A stretch of 64,000 nucleotides of DNA from Paragordius varius (taxonomy: Eukaryota > Animalia > Nematomorpha). The stretch is taken from NCBI GenBank assembly GCA_964247055.1, contig OZ176054.1, positions 10,726,001 through 10,790,000 on the forward strand, in the 5' to 3' direction. This document shows positions 51,079 to 62,962 of the stretch, piece by piece. The position numbers and the translations under genes were made by a program. Position 1 is the stretch's first letter, and each line of letters begins with the position of its first letter. The notes under the pieces were generated by a model that searched no databases, had not been told where the DNA came from, and worked only from the letters and a program-made list of their open reading frames with translations.

Positions 51079-53475
51079 ATGCAAAGTTCTGAAAATATAT
51101 CCCGATTTTTGATTGATTTGTCTCTCGAAAGCAAAAAAGATTTGAGAGTTATATTAAAGGATACAAGTGAAAATCTTAAAACAATTGAGGAAGAAGCATT
51201 AGCCGATTACGTGTCCAATGGATTAAATTTTATCCAGTCCTATAAAGATATGAAAGAATGCTGTACCACTTTGGATAATATTAAAGAAGTTGTTGATTCA
51301 TTTCAAGTAAATTTGGAAAAAATATGTCATGAAATCCAAGAACTTCAAACACAGTCCCAAACTATGAAAATTAAACTACGTAATCGCCAAGAATTGAAAT
51401 CTGAATTAAGTCAATTGATTGATGAATTAGTTGTATCAAACGACATCATAAAATCTATTATGGATTCAGATATCACCGAATCAGATTTTCAGGAAAGTTT
51501 GCACGAATTACATCACAAATTATCTTTTTTACAGAAACAAAATTTTGTTTTTGAAGAAGCAAGTGGTGGTGATGATTTACACGCATTTACCCACGTACAA
51601 GAACTCTTGGAAAAACTTAAAACTCGGGCAATACATAAAATAAAAGATTTTTTAATGAAAAAAATCTTGTCCTTTCGGAAACCCATGACAAATTATCATG
51701 TGCCGCAAAGTGTTTTACTCAAATATCGCTTTGTGTATGAATTTCTTCTCAGTCATGATAGATTTACGGCTTTGACTCTTAAAGAAGAGTATGTTGATAC
51801 TTTAAGTAAAATTTTATACGCCTATTTTAAGGAATACTATGACAAGTTACTAAAGTTGGTTTCTACCGATAATATAAACTTCAAAGATTACATCTTTTCC
51901 GATCACCATCAAGGGATGGATACATCACACCAAAGCACAAGTAGTATTCAACAAAGTTTGAGAAAAAGTTTTTTTTCTTCCAATAAAAATTTACAGCAGT
52001 CGGGAAATATTGGTAATTTAGTTCCTTCCGGCAGCAGTAACGCCTTACCTAAAAAAGATGAATCGACAAGCAATTTGAAGAGTTCGACTTCTGAAACATA
52101 CACTCTCGGTTCCCGCATAACTCTACTTTATCCAGGAGAAATTTTGCAGCCTATACTTGTACCACACATTCTAGCCAATGAATTAAATGGGGGCCGTATC
52201 AGATTTGAACAAATGTTTCGAAGTATTAATTATGCCATTCTTGAAAATGCATGTAACGAAGCCATTTTTCTCTCTGATTTCTTCCTTGTTCCCTCAAACA
52301 GTAAACAAGCGCACACCCTTTTTAGTGCTATTTGGGGCCGTGTTTTAAATCAACTTCTGCTTAGGCGACTGGATACACAAATACTCAATTCGGGAGATTT
52401 AATAGGGATATTGTTGTGCTTACGCTTATCACATGAATTCCATGACATTGAAGTTTTACGCGGTTCCACAGTACTAAAACCTTATTGGCAAGCCTGTGTA
52501 GCAACTTTATATGGTCGTTTTTCGAAACTTATGACGATCGCAGTTAAAGATGGAATTAATGAATTAGACCCCTCAAAGCTTTTACCGTATAATGATGTGC
52601 GACGACCTCACATAATCATACGCAAGTTTGCGGAATTAAGTTCTGCCCTATTAAGTATTGTTAATTACAACGTAACACCAGGGGCTAATGAGTTATCCGC
52701 GAATCAATCAAGTAAATTGCCCAATTATAACGTATCATCCTTGTCCTGTGACATCTTTCAAGACATGCCGTGTGGGGAAAGTTTAACACGTTTGTTAAGT
52801 TTAAATATGCGTGAACTTATGCTAAAACTGGCATCAACTTTTTATGCGCGTAAAGAACGCCTTGTTTTCCTCATTAACAATGGGGATTTGGTGAATTCGA
52901 TTGCCCGAGAATCATTTCGAAAAATAAATTTGGCCATGAACTCGGGTAACATCAATTTACCAGTTGGTTCTTCCCATGATGGGACATTCCCTGTTCGTAT
53001 TAACTCTTTTAACAATAACAACAACAACAACATCCTATCCATGTACTGTGAACATTTAAGGGGCGATCTTGCTGGTTGGATCGATGAGTATGCGGATGAA
53101 AGTTTGAAAGCATACTTTGGTAGCATGATTGCTTTGCTTCGTGAACTTGAGTCCTCGGCCGATGATCCGAGTGTTGTATCTGACCGGTTAAGAAGCAATG
53201 CAGGTCTGATAAGATCCATAATTTCTTTTTTCAATAGTGCAGACCGATCGAGGGCCATTGAAGCCATACGTGGCGATGTTATGAACTCCTTCAGTAATTT
53301 CAAAGCGGGTAACAGTGTCTTACAAGTTGTATTATCCAAACTTTTGCAGTACCATCAAAAGTTTTATACGCTTGTTAGCAACCATGCCCAACTTAAAGGC
53401 GTTGAAGGTCGGATTGAATTAATTAATCCTCACAATTTTATGGTTGAAATGAAAAAGTATAAAAGCACATTTTGA
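51079..53475 (+). CDS. VPS52: Vacuolar protein sorting 52 (GARP/EARP tethering subunit), intronless, 798 aa
   Basis: Single ORF with recognisable Vps52 blocks: LQTQSQTMKIKLRNRQ, SFRKPMTNYHVPQSVLLKY, EEYVDTLSK, RFEQMFRS, RRPHIIIRKFAELS, FLINNGDL and C-terminal INPHNFMVEMKKYKSTF. Confidence 0.95.
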   Translation: MQSSENISRFLIDLSLESKKDLRVILKDTSENLKTIEEEALADYVSNGLNFIQSYKDMKECCTTLDNIKEVVDSFQVNLEKICHEIQELQTQSQTMKIKLRNRQELKSELSQLIDELVVSNDIIKSIMDSDITESDFQESLHELHHKLSFLQKQNFVFEEASGGDDLHAFTHVQELLEKLKTRAIHKIKDFLMKKILSFRKPMTNYHVPQSVLLKYRFVYEFLLSHDRFTALTLKEEYVDTLSKILYAYFKEYYDKLLKLVSTDNINFKDYIFSDHHQGMDTSHQSTSSIQQSLRKSFFSSNKNLQQSGNIGNLVPSGSSNALPKKDESTSNLKSSTSETYTLGSRITLLYPGEILQPILVPHILANELNGGRIRFEQMFRSINYAILENACNEAIFLSDFFLVPSNSKQAHTLFSAIWGRVLNQLLLRRLDTQILNSGDLIGILLCLRLSHEFHDIEVLRGSTVLKPYWQACVATLYGRFSKLMTIAVKDGINELDPSKLLPYNDVRRPHIIIRKFAELSSALLSIVNYNVTPGANELSANQSSKLPNYNVSSLSCDIFQDMPCGESLTRLLSLNMRELMLKLASTFYARKERLVFLINNGDLVNSIARESFRKINLAMNSGNINLPVGSSHDGTFPVRINSFNNNNNNNILSMYCEHLRGDLAGWIDEYADESLKAYFGSMIALLRELESSADDPSVVSDRLRSNAGLIRSIISFFNSADRSRAIEAIRGDVMNSFSNFKAGNSVLQVVLSKLLQYHQKFYTLVSNHAQLKGVEGRIELINPHNFMVEMKKYKSTF

Positions 53476-53761
53476 ACAAGTTTATATCATTGCGCACAAT
53501 AGTTATAATGTGATAAGTTGCAAATATTAAATACATTCCCTAATATATTTAATAAACAAATATAATAATTTTTTTATTAACCCATATTTTTTTACTACCA
53601 AACCGGTAATATATTAAATTTTGCTATTTATTATCGATAAAGTTATTTTATTTCCCATCAATTAACAATAGTTATATCATAGGTCAACGTCTTTATTTAC
53701 CTTGATAGACGAGTTTTGTATTTCGTAAAATCTATTTTGTTAATTATTGCTATTTTACATA

Positions 53762-53858
53762 ATGTTAAATGGTATTGTGTTTCTGTTAAGCATTTTACCT
53801 TTGTTTGGCAATCGGAATATAGATGTAGAATTAGTGGATGGTCACGGGAAAATCACAA
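53762..53858 (+). CDS. Tentative signal-peptide first exon, possibly of the downstream EGF-repeat gene
   Basis: ATG-initiated MLNGIVFLLSILPLFG... ending at a phase-1 GT donor, the same phase as the EGF exons. Linkage to them is inferred only. Confidence 0.35.
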
Positions 53859-54630
53859 GTATTTCTTAATATTCCATAGATTGTTTGTTTATTTAAAACT
53901 TTTTTTTAATTTTGATCTTTTTTGGAATAAAAGTATGTGCGATTCATGAAGTTTCATCTTACAAGGCATTATAAATACATTGGCAAAATTATTATTAAAA
54001 AAGTTTTTTTAATTTGTATATATTTAGAAAAAGAAAATAATCTATTAAAAATGTGATCGTATTCAATTTAGGAAATTATCGATATGAATTACTGTTTTTA
54101 AATAATTTTAGTTAGTAATATTATGAATTTTAAATCTTTAAGAATATTTTGGGGGTATTATCTAAACTTGTTATTGCTTGAATTAAATGAAATATTATTA
54201 TTATATGAGTAAGTAATTGTTAGAAGGTTACTAATTTTTGCCAAGACAACAAAGAGCAGTATTATTGGCTTGTAGTTATTTTTTGATTTTTACTATTATT
54301 GGCCGATAATAATTCTCTTTGCTGCATATGCTATTTGGCATTATATACTTACTCATATTTAATATACGAAACAAGCTTTATTTTTACCGTTTTATAAATA
54401 TATACATATACTTCTGAAATAAACAGCTGATTTTTTAACTAATAATGTCAATACAATACAAACATTTAGATAAAATATTGATGTTTCCATAATATATTTT
54501 TATTTCTCAATTTAATGGGGAATTAAATCCAGAATGACAAAGTTTTTTTAAGATATCAATATTTTGAATTTGTTAGCCAACGCATAAAAGCCATGGAGCA
54601 TAACTTAAATTGACCTAATCTCATGAATTG

Positions 54631-54665
<35 letters not shown>

Positions 54666-55342
54666 ATTTCCCAGTCTAAATAAATGTTTCCCAGTCAATC
54701 GAAACATTTTCCCAGTCAATCGAAACGTTTTTCCAGTCAATCGAAACATTTTCCTAGTCAATCGAAACGTTTTCCCAGTCAATAAAAACGATTTCCCAGT
54801 CAATCGAAACGTTTTCCCAGTCAATCGAAACGTTTTCCCAGTCAATAAAAACGGTTTTATATTGATAATAAATATCAAAACAAGATACAAAAATAACTTT
54901 TAACTATTATCAGCTTAATATTAGGATATTATTTTGCAAAATAAACACAATTATTGAATGACAATTTTTCCCATATATTCCACTACACAATCTTTAATGA
55001 CTTATTTTAAAAAGTTGAACTATTACTGTACAAATATACCTGAATAAATCAATCATTGTTTGATTTTATTAAAGAGAAAAATTGAGATCATATATTAAAA
55101 AATGATTTTCATTTATTGTATATGTTATAAAAAGATCACATATAAGGTAAACCGGCTACCGCCTTTACCATATTAGTCATTTTTTCAAAATAATTTCTGC
55201 TATCCTCCGATGTTATAGAGCCCGCTGCCAATTTTATCAGATTCACTAATTCCATATTCGCATTCATATTATTTAATATAATATTTTGTCGGACAAAATT
55301 TTTCATTTTTGAAAATGCCGTTTCGATTGGGTTCAACATATA

Positions 55343-55983
55343 CCATTTGCACTTCAAGAGTGTCCTTTAACACTTCAAGTTGGTCCTTGAACAGTTCAAG
55401 TTGGTCCTTGAACATTTCAAGTTGGTCATTGAACTCTTCAACTTGGTCCTTTGACTTTTTTGTTTTGTTTTTATCTTTTATAAATCAAATCGTAAATAAT
55501 TCATCTATTTTATTGTTTTTAACCTGTTTTCTATAATTCAACATAAATTTTTAATCGATATCAACTTTTAATTTTTGAGAAACCGTATATCTTCATTTAT
55601 TTCTTAAAATAATTTTTATTTATAACATTTTAACACCAAATGAAGAATTATATAAGTTTTCTAGGTTATTAATTAAAATTTTTCGTTAAAAACATTTAAA
55701 AGTCAATAATTTTGTTAAATTAAAAAAAAATATGAAACAAAAAAGTGGTTTTTCAATAAAAAATTTTATTTTTAAATGAATAAATATATAATAAATAAAG
55801 AAAATTAGGTTAATAAATAATAAAATAAAAAAATAAATGCAAAAATTATGGTTAAATAAAAATTTATAAATTTTAAGGACTAACTTGAAGTGTTCAAGGA
55901 CCAACTTGAACTGTTCAAGGACCAACTTGAAATGTTCAAGGACCAACTTGAAGTGTTCAAGGACACTCTTGAAATGCAAATGG
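55343..55983. mobile_element. About 640-bp MITE with CCATTT termini and 21-bp arrays, nested in the transposase
   Basis: CCATTTGCACTTCAAGAGTGTCC ... GGACACTCTTGAAATGCAAATGG, with about 5 TTCAAGTTGGTCCTTGAACAT units per arm, an AT-rich core and TATA on both flanks. Confidence 0.9.
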
Positions 55984-56114
55984 TATATAACTGTACGGGG
56001 ACAAAAAATCAATTTTGTATTTGTATAAATCGGCTCTACCTTTTAATTCATTTTTTTATGAATGCGTGCATTGTCCATAATAAAATGATATTGAATATCG
56101 TCCCGCTTTAAATA

Positions 56115-57254
56115 CACTAGTCGACAAATTTGGACATTTTTAAGCACCACCACTCAAACTTTTTAAATTATGACTAATTTTAGTCTTTTAAAACCGAATT
56201 TGAAAAAAATTTTGATCCCGCCAATCAGAATTTTGAAATTTTATAGGTTTTTTAATTTTTCAAAAACAAGAGAAAATCGAGAGAAAATTAAATATAACTT
56301 TATAATAAAATGTTATTATATTATAAACTTAATATCATTTAATAAAGCGTTTTAAACTATATCTTTTGAATATAAATATGTCATTTAAATATCAGAGAGA
56401 AAAAAATAGTAGGGACTTAAACGTCAAAATTTAGTCTTTTTTTTCAAGTGAATTTTTAACACATATAAAATTTTTTTAAAAAAATACTAAAAAAGGCATT
56501 CTATGGTTTAAACCTTCGGCTTTCAGATAGGCTATATTTTTTTGTTAGATTTGTTCTTTCGAGTACTTATTAGACTTTTTCTCTTGAGTTGGTTCTTATA
56601 TAAAATCCTTTATTTATACCTAGCGGATATACCTTATTTTTTTAAGATTATTGGTTGTTTTGTATTTTGAATTTCAGATGGATGTTGTGTAGCCACTTTT
56701 AGTAGAATTTACTGTTATGGGGTTGGACCATTTGTATTTACCTAATTTATTTTCAATTTAATTGTAGAATTTATCTAACTTTATTTTGTAAACTGGTTAA
56801 TTTGACATGTCAATTTGCCACGATTTTGCTTGCAAGTCTCTCTTTTCGGACTTTACGATTACTTATTGTTATCTTTGCCATATCTGGCATAGTTATAGGA
56901 TCGCTTGGGGGATATGCAGAGCTTGTGCAGCCGTCCATATCTATCACACTATACATAAGCCCCTTTTAGATTTTTAATACTTTGGCTCTTAGCTTGTTTA
57001 GTATCTTATTTAATGCCTAGAATTTGTTATCCATGCATGGCATATTACTTGTATCGACTTGCTTGTATGAATATTTAAAACATATGTTCGCGAGGAATGA
57101 CTGTTATTTTTGAATTAAATACAAATTTAAAAATTAAATTTTGGAAAAATCCTATTGGTGGCCTCAATTTTCTTTTTTGTTTTGGCCTTTCCATGCCATT
57201 AGGTATCAGAAAATGCAAAAATAATGGGGTGGTGCAAAACCTTGTTGAACAGTG
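56115..57254. mobile_element. CACT-terminated 1.1-kb element (copy B), nested in the transposase
   Basis: Homologous to 7340-8459, with ATA on both flanks. Removing it restores the frame ...LCEY-LKRDDIQYHF... Confidence 0.88.
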
Positions 57255-59458
57255 ATATTCACAAAGTCCATCAAAAAAACTTGTAAAGCGTTGGGAATTG
57301 ACTGTTCTTTGGCTTTCTATTTCGTAATAAACCATACCTCTTAATGACAGAGCTCCAAGTGATGTTTCTGCCTTTTACGCTAGGCACCACAATATTGGAT
57401 CTCGTGCCACTTTTGGATCGACCTTGGCTTCTTCTAATATGGTTATTATAACCGCATTCATTCAAATAAATAATATTTATTAGTCATCGGAGAAAGATTG
57501 TGAAAACCATATTGCGTATTTTTAAATCTATTATTTGAGGATCATTCACTTTTCCATTAAGATGATGGGCTAACTTCAAAGTTAAAAGATTTGATTACTC
57601 GGTCTATAGAGGATTTAGATAATTTTATTTTTTTTTTCATCTTCCAAAATTTTTTTTAACTGGTTAATTGTTAATGACGGCTGATAAGTTAGTATATTAT
57701 CTATGAAATGCATAATATCTTCCGTAATTTTTTTGTTTTTAGCGCCTCCACGAGTTAGAATTTCTGAACTATTGTTTTTTATATTTATACATAATTTGAC
57801 GAGCAGTATTATAGTTTGTATCTAAATCCTTTGATACATCCACAGTCCATTCTCCATAAAAAAAACTCGTTTTACTAATCGCTTCCTATCTTGTATATAA
57901 ATAATTTTTTCTTAATTCCTGTTTCTGACATTACTAAAATATTACCAAATAAAATGAACCTTATAGAGATAATATGATGTATGCAAAATAAAAAATTATT
58001 GATATCTCAACGTAAGGTTTTTATCCAATATATTAAAAGCAGACGAGAAAATAATGGTATAATATTTTTAATTACAATATTGCACACCAGATAGTCACAG
58101 AAAAGGTTAACAACTCGATATCTAAAATTTAATCGCTGCATTGTTGACTGGGAAAACGTTTCGCTTGACTGGGAAAATGTTTTGATTGAATTGACTGGGA
58201 AAACGTTTCGATTGACTGGGAAAATGTTTCGATTGACTGGGAAAACGTTTATTTAGAGTGGGAAATGGTATATATATATATATATATAATGTAATACAAA
58301 GGGTCAAATATGTTTTTTATAGTATTTTAATGTATTTGGACAGGAAAACTCTCATTAAATGGAATATATATCATAAAATCTCCTTGAAATTCTTTTGGCG
58401 GGTTATAAAAAAGCCCTAAGTTTTTACAAACTGGCTCCCTATTTTTTTATATGTGATAAACCCGTTTGATACTGGATAATAACGTCTAAAACTTAATTTA
58501 TAGATTACAAAGCTTCTTTTACATTAAAAGTAAATTGTTTTAGTATTTTGCAATTATTTTTCAAAAAGCTTTTATTGATTCCTCTCAATGTATTGAAGAG
58601 TTCTTAACAGAGGAGCCAGTTTGCAAACCCTAAAAATTTTCAAAAATATAAGTTTGGAAGAAGAATGAAAAGGTAATTGAAAAGGGCAAATGATAAATAT
58701 TTGTAGGGTTTTAGTTAATAATTCTCATTAACAAAAATTAGCGAATAACTATAAAATACGATCCGATTTTTCATAAAATTATAAAAGTCGAGGATTAACT
58801 TACTATCTATTTATTTCAAAGCTATAGCCATTTAATTTATATAATAAATTATCTAATAAAAATTTTCGATTTTATTTAATTCATAATATCGTTATCTTCA
58901 TATTTATTTATTTTAAGCTGATAAGTTTTCTTATTAAAAAATATTTAGATACCACTGATTTCTCTGATTTTCGCACCTTGTGTAACATAATCAGCCTGCT
59001 ATAATTTTTATAATTATTTTTAGTTGGAATGAAGCATTTATTCGCCCAAAATTTAAGGATGATGTGCGCAATGCGATTTTTTGTTATAGAGCAATATCAC
59101 AATTTTTTTAAAATGACTGTGAGGCAAAAAACCAGTGTGCCAGAAATATTATTCAGGCTAAAAATTTGACTTGATTACTAAGTGATAAAAATGAAACGCT
59201 ACCTTTTGGCGGGATGAACAAAATGGGGTAATGGCCTGCGGCAAATTTTATATGAATAAAACAACTTTTTTCAAAATAAAATTTTAATAATCAATTAAGG
59301 TTTATTCATAATTTTACTCGGATTTCTCAACACACATATTCTGCATATATTAATTTATCTGGCCTTCTCCCAATATTTTAGCATTATGACTTCATTGGAT
59401 ACACCTAGAAAATATTTGCTTGGATATATTCAATAATAAGCTTATTTATTTGATACAG

Positions 59459-62400
59459 AAGTGTGTGATTGTAATCTATCCAACATAATTAGTTGTTTAC
59501 CGAAATGTATTTGCAAAAATGGATATTATGGGACTCGGTGTCAACTCGGTAAAACTTTATTTAAAACATTTGTCTCTCATGATAATTGGTATTTAATAAA
59601 ACTACATCTATTGACATCATTTTTAGACTGCAATTGCAAAAATAGGTCTACGAGTTGCAATGACCGAGGATACTGTAATTGTTCTCCTGGGTTTTGGGGG
59701 AAATCGTGTCAACATAGTATATTTTTCTACAATATACTTTCCCATGACATAATTTAATTTAATCTTTTAAACAGGTTGAAAAATAATAAACGGCTTGAGC
59801 GCTTAAAATATTATGAATTTCACAATCATCACCAATCTATTAAAATATATAATAGTTGTTCAAAAAATGAGTTTAATCAATTAAATTGCTAAAATCTGCT
59901 TATTTTTTAAGGCGATTACGCGGTTGAGATGGCCCTTGCAATGAAAAAATATGTTAATTATTTTAAGGACAAGTATTTACATATCGTTTATTTTTTTTAT
60001 GTAATTGAGTTATGGTCGAGGACACACAAGGTGACTAAATAATTCATTTAAAACATTATATTACATTTTGAATACTAAGATTATAGAAATGTACAAACAA
60101 TACTCCCAAGTTACCAAATTTTTTTTGCTATTTAGTGGATTTTTTTTATTAAACACACTGTGAGCTTAAGTGCGCTTGAGTTTTCACAATGGGTTAGTTA
60201 TTTATAGTAAAATATAAATCAATCATAATGTAATTATAAAAGTAGTTTTGTAAAATGCACTATTATTTATATTTCCTTAATTTAATGGACCCAAGAAATT
60301 ATTTAAAATATATACAAAAATTATTGAATATATGGTGCTGGCAACTTTACAATTAAATAGCAGTGTCCCTTTTATATCCAAAAAATTAAAAATCATAGCA
60401 TAAAATTTATGGAATTCAGAGATGTATTAATCAAATTGCTGTATATTTATTTACAATTCTTTATTACGTTTTTAGCTAATATTATATGTTTTGCAGTATT
60501 TTAATGAATAGGTGCCTCATAATTTGCTGATTATTATAATTACAGCATACTTTTTCCTTGGGTAAAACTATAAAGAAAAATATTTATATTTTGAACTTAT
60601 CACAGTAATTAAATAAAACATTTTTTCTAAAAAACTGCGCTCCCTATCATCTACATTCATGTTAAAACGAAAAAGTTAAATTATAATCATCCATAACAAA
60701 ATTTAACTTTCTATGTTTTAAAAAATGAAAATGTCCGATAAAAGGTTTAAATTAACTAGGATTTGATTATATATATAAAAATATTTAAAAAGTTATAACA
60801 GTAATTTAAATTGTTGACTTTATTATAATAAAATGTATATTATAAAAAAACATGAGCAATCAATCCCAAAAAAATAAATAAATTATGGAAATATTGCCAA
60901 TTACAATTTTTGCATTATATTTATATATTTGAATCACACGATCTCTTACTTTGATTTCATAGACTAATAATAAAAAATAAATTTCTCCCTCGGACTCATT
61001 GTAGAATCCTATTTTCTTTTTATAAAATTATTTAAACCTACTAATCAATGGATCTTATTTTGCTTCCACTTAAAGGGTTTATTATTATGCAACACTGTGG
61101 ATCAAACAAGATCACAAACTTATAAGATAGATTTGCTATATGCTGCTCTCATCGAAACATTGAAAAGAATCAAATTTTACCTAGTCTCAATATCTTAAAA
61201 ATATATTAATATTATTTAAATGTGGCTATATTTCTAGAAACGGTTCCAAACCGGTTTTAGAGCCAAGCGCTCCCAAGAAAGACTAAAATTTCCGTTGCAG
61301 AAAGATAGCTTAGATTTCCTTCCCTCTATATATATATATAATCAGATAATTAAAATAACTATAGAATGTGAATGTCATCCTGTTTTATCGGAGCGTATAA
61401 CTTGCAACATGTTAGGCCAATGTATATGCGCCTTTGGATACCATGGGAAACGCTGCAATTTAGGCAAAATTCTTGATTTATAATATTTAAAAACATATTT
61501 TCTTTAGCAGGAATATACATATATTAGCTTGCCCATGTTCCCCATATAATTCGCTAACCTTTAAATGCGACACGGATGGCAGGTGCACTTGTAAGCCTGG
61601 TTTTTACGGGGAATCCTGCACAAAAAGTTATGTAATAATTTTGGACAATTTTTCTTTATTATTCTCATATATTTTTAAATATAAATTTTGCATAAATGTA
61701 CGGCTTTTGAATTTTTGACTGCGCCGATGATACAATTATTGGCCTTTTGTAAGCTATATTAATTAAAGGTTTATTTTGTATATTACATATTTTAGAAAAC
61801 GGGCATATGATTATAAAACATCGCATATACACCGCGAATTCAGGGTATATGAAAAATATCCTGATATATATATATATATATTCTGATAGGAAAATGTATC
61901 AGCATTATCATGGTGCTTTTAGTTTTTGCCCTTCCGTGTGATTTTATAACACTTTTGTGGTAGGTGCTCCATATCAGAAAATGGCAAAATTTGCACACAC
62001 TAAATGATTATTTGCGCTATAAAAATTATAAATGTATGCTAAATTTTGATATCAACTAAAAAAGGTTTATTTTTTTCAAAATTTTTATGAAGCGTCAAAT
62101 ATTTACTTAAGACGCTCTAAGATATTATAAAACCACTTTACGCATATGATATGATGCTAGACAATTCTGATGCTTCAAAATTTAATTTTAAGGTTCATGT
62201 GCCTTCAAGTTTTGTGAATGATAATAAAACACAATTCATATTTAACAAAAATTTCAAGCCGAACGAATATTTTATCCAAATATGAAGTTATGGAATCGTT
62301 TAGAATATGCGAATTGGATGATAAGTTTTTATAATATCTTAAAGCGTTTTTATACCGTTTACACCATTCTTAGAAATAGTATATATGCTACAACAAATGT

Positions 62401-62962
62401 TTTCTCAAAATTTTATTTTTAAGCCAGGTGTAAATTTTTAAAACTGTTTTTAGTTGATACCAAATTATGCAGATATTTAAATTTTTTATCGCGCGGTCTC
62501 GGCATTTGTGCGTTTATTTTAACATGACTAGCCCATTTTAGATGAGAATTCGGGTGTTCCGGAGCCCACATTTAAAAAATAATGTTTTGCTTTTATAAGT
62601 GACTATAATATATTTTAGTAATATTTTCGAATAAAGCATTTAGTTTATATCAAAATTTTTTAATAAAATGTGCGGAATTTTCCCCATTTTAAGCACTTAT
62701 ATAAAAGTGTAAATAATACTCCCTTAAATAACTCTTAAGGGTAAAAACCAACAGCACCATGATGATTCTGATACATTTTCATTCAGAATGTATATATTTA
62801 ATCAGTATATATTATTCACAACACTGTTTGCATTCGACTTTCAATACATATTATATTTAGAATGTAAAAAATGCAGCATATGTGGTACAATAGACGCCAA
62901 TTGTGATACCTTTGGTAACTGCCAATGCAAAGTAGGTTACCGAGGAGATCGTTGTCAAATCC
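59459..62962 (+). CDS. Multiple EGF-like (laminin-EGF/MEGF-type) repeat protein, partial
   Basis: Five phase 1-1 exons: 59459-59548, 59627-59716, 61365-61463, 61528-61626, 62861-62962. Each encodes a six-Cys unit C-x1-2-C...C...CxC..G..G..C. The gene ends were not located and it may continue beyond the window. Confidence 0.8.

Larger units (their letters stand above)
54664..58268 (-). mobile_element. IS630/Tc1-superfamily DNA transposon with 21-bp subterminal arrays, inserted in (TA)n and carrying two nested insertions
   Basis: TIR CCATTTCCCAGTCTAAATAAA versus TTTATTTAGAGTGGGAAATGG. About 8 left and 5 right copies of TTCCCAGTCAATCGAAACGTT lie in inverted orientation. The minus-strand transposase is in three pieces: HTH plus YLNECGY (about 57930-57258), YHFIMDNARIH...FLSPYS (56111-55988) and YMLNPIETAFSK (55342-55136), giving DD34E spacing. 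Confidence 0.9.

Noticed and set aside
52842-53339. 165-aa antisense ORF
   Set aside because: It is a shadow of the VPS52 coding strand with no recognisable motif.
54684-54850. 21-bp repeat array as a CRISPR array or as a 7-aa repeat protein (ORFs 54621-54890, 54628-54903, 58122-58307)
   Set aside because: The units are directly tandem with no unique spacers, there are no cas genes, and the array is mirrored at the other end of a transposon. The ORFs are by-products of a repeat length divisible by three.
55686-56111. FKDQLEM/LEHFKLV heptad ORFs suggesting a coiled-coil protein
   Set aside because: They are translations of the MITE's 21-bp subterminal array.
7340-57254. Segmental duplication linking 7.2-8.5 kb and 55.9-57.3 kb
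   Set aside because: Homology stops exactly at the element termini, with different TSDs, so these are independent insertions.
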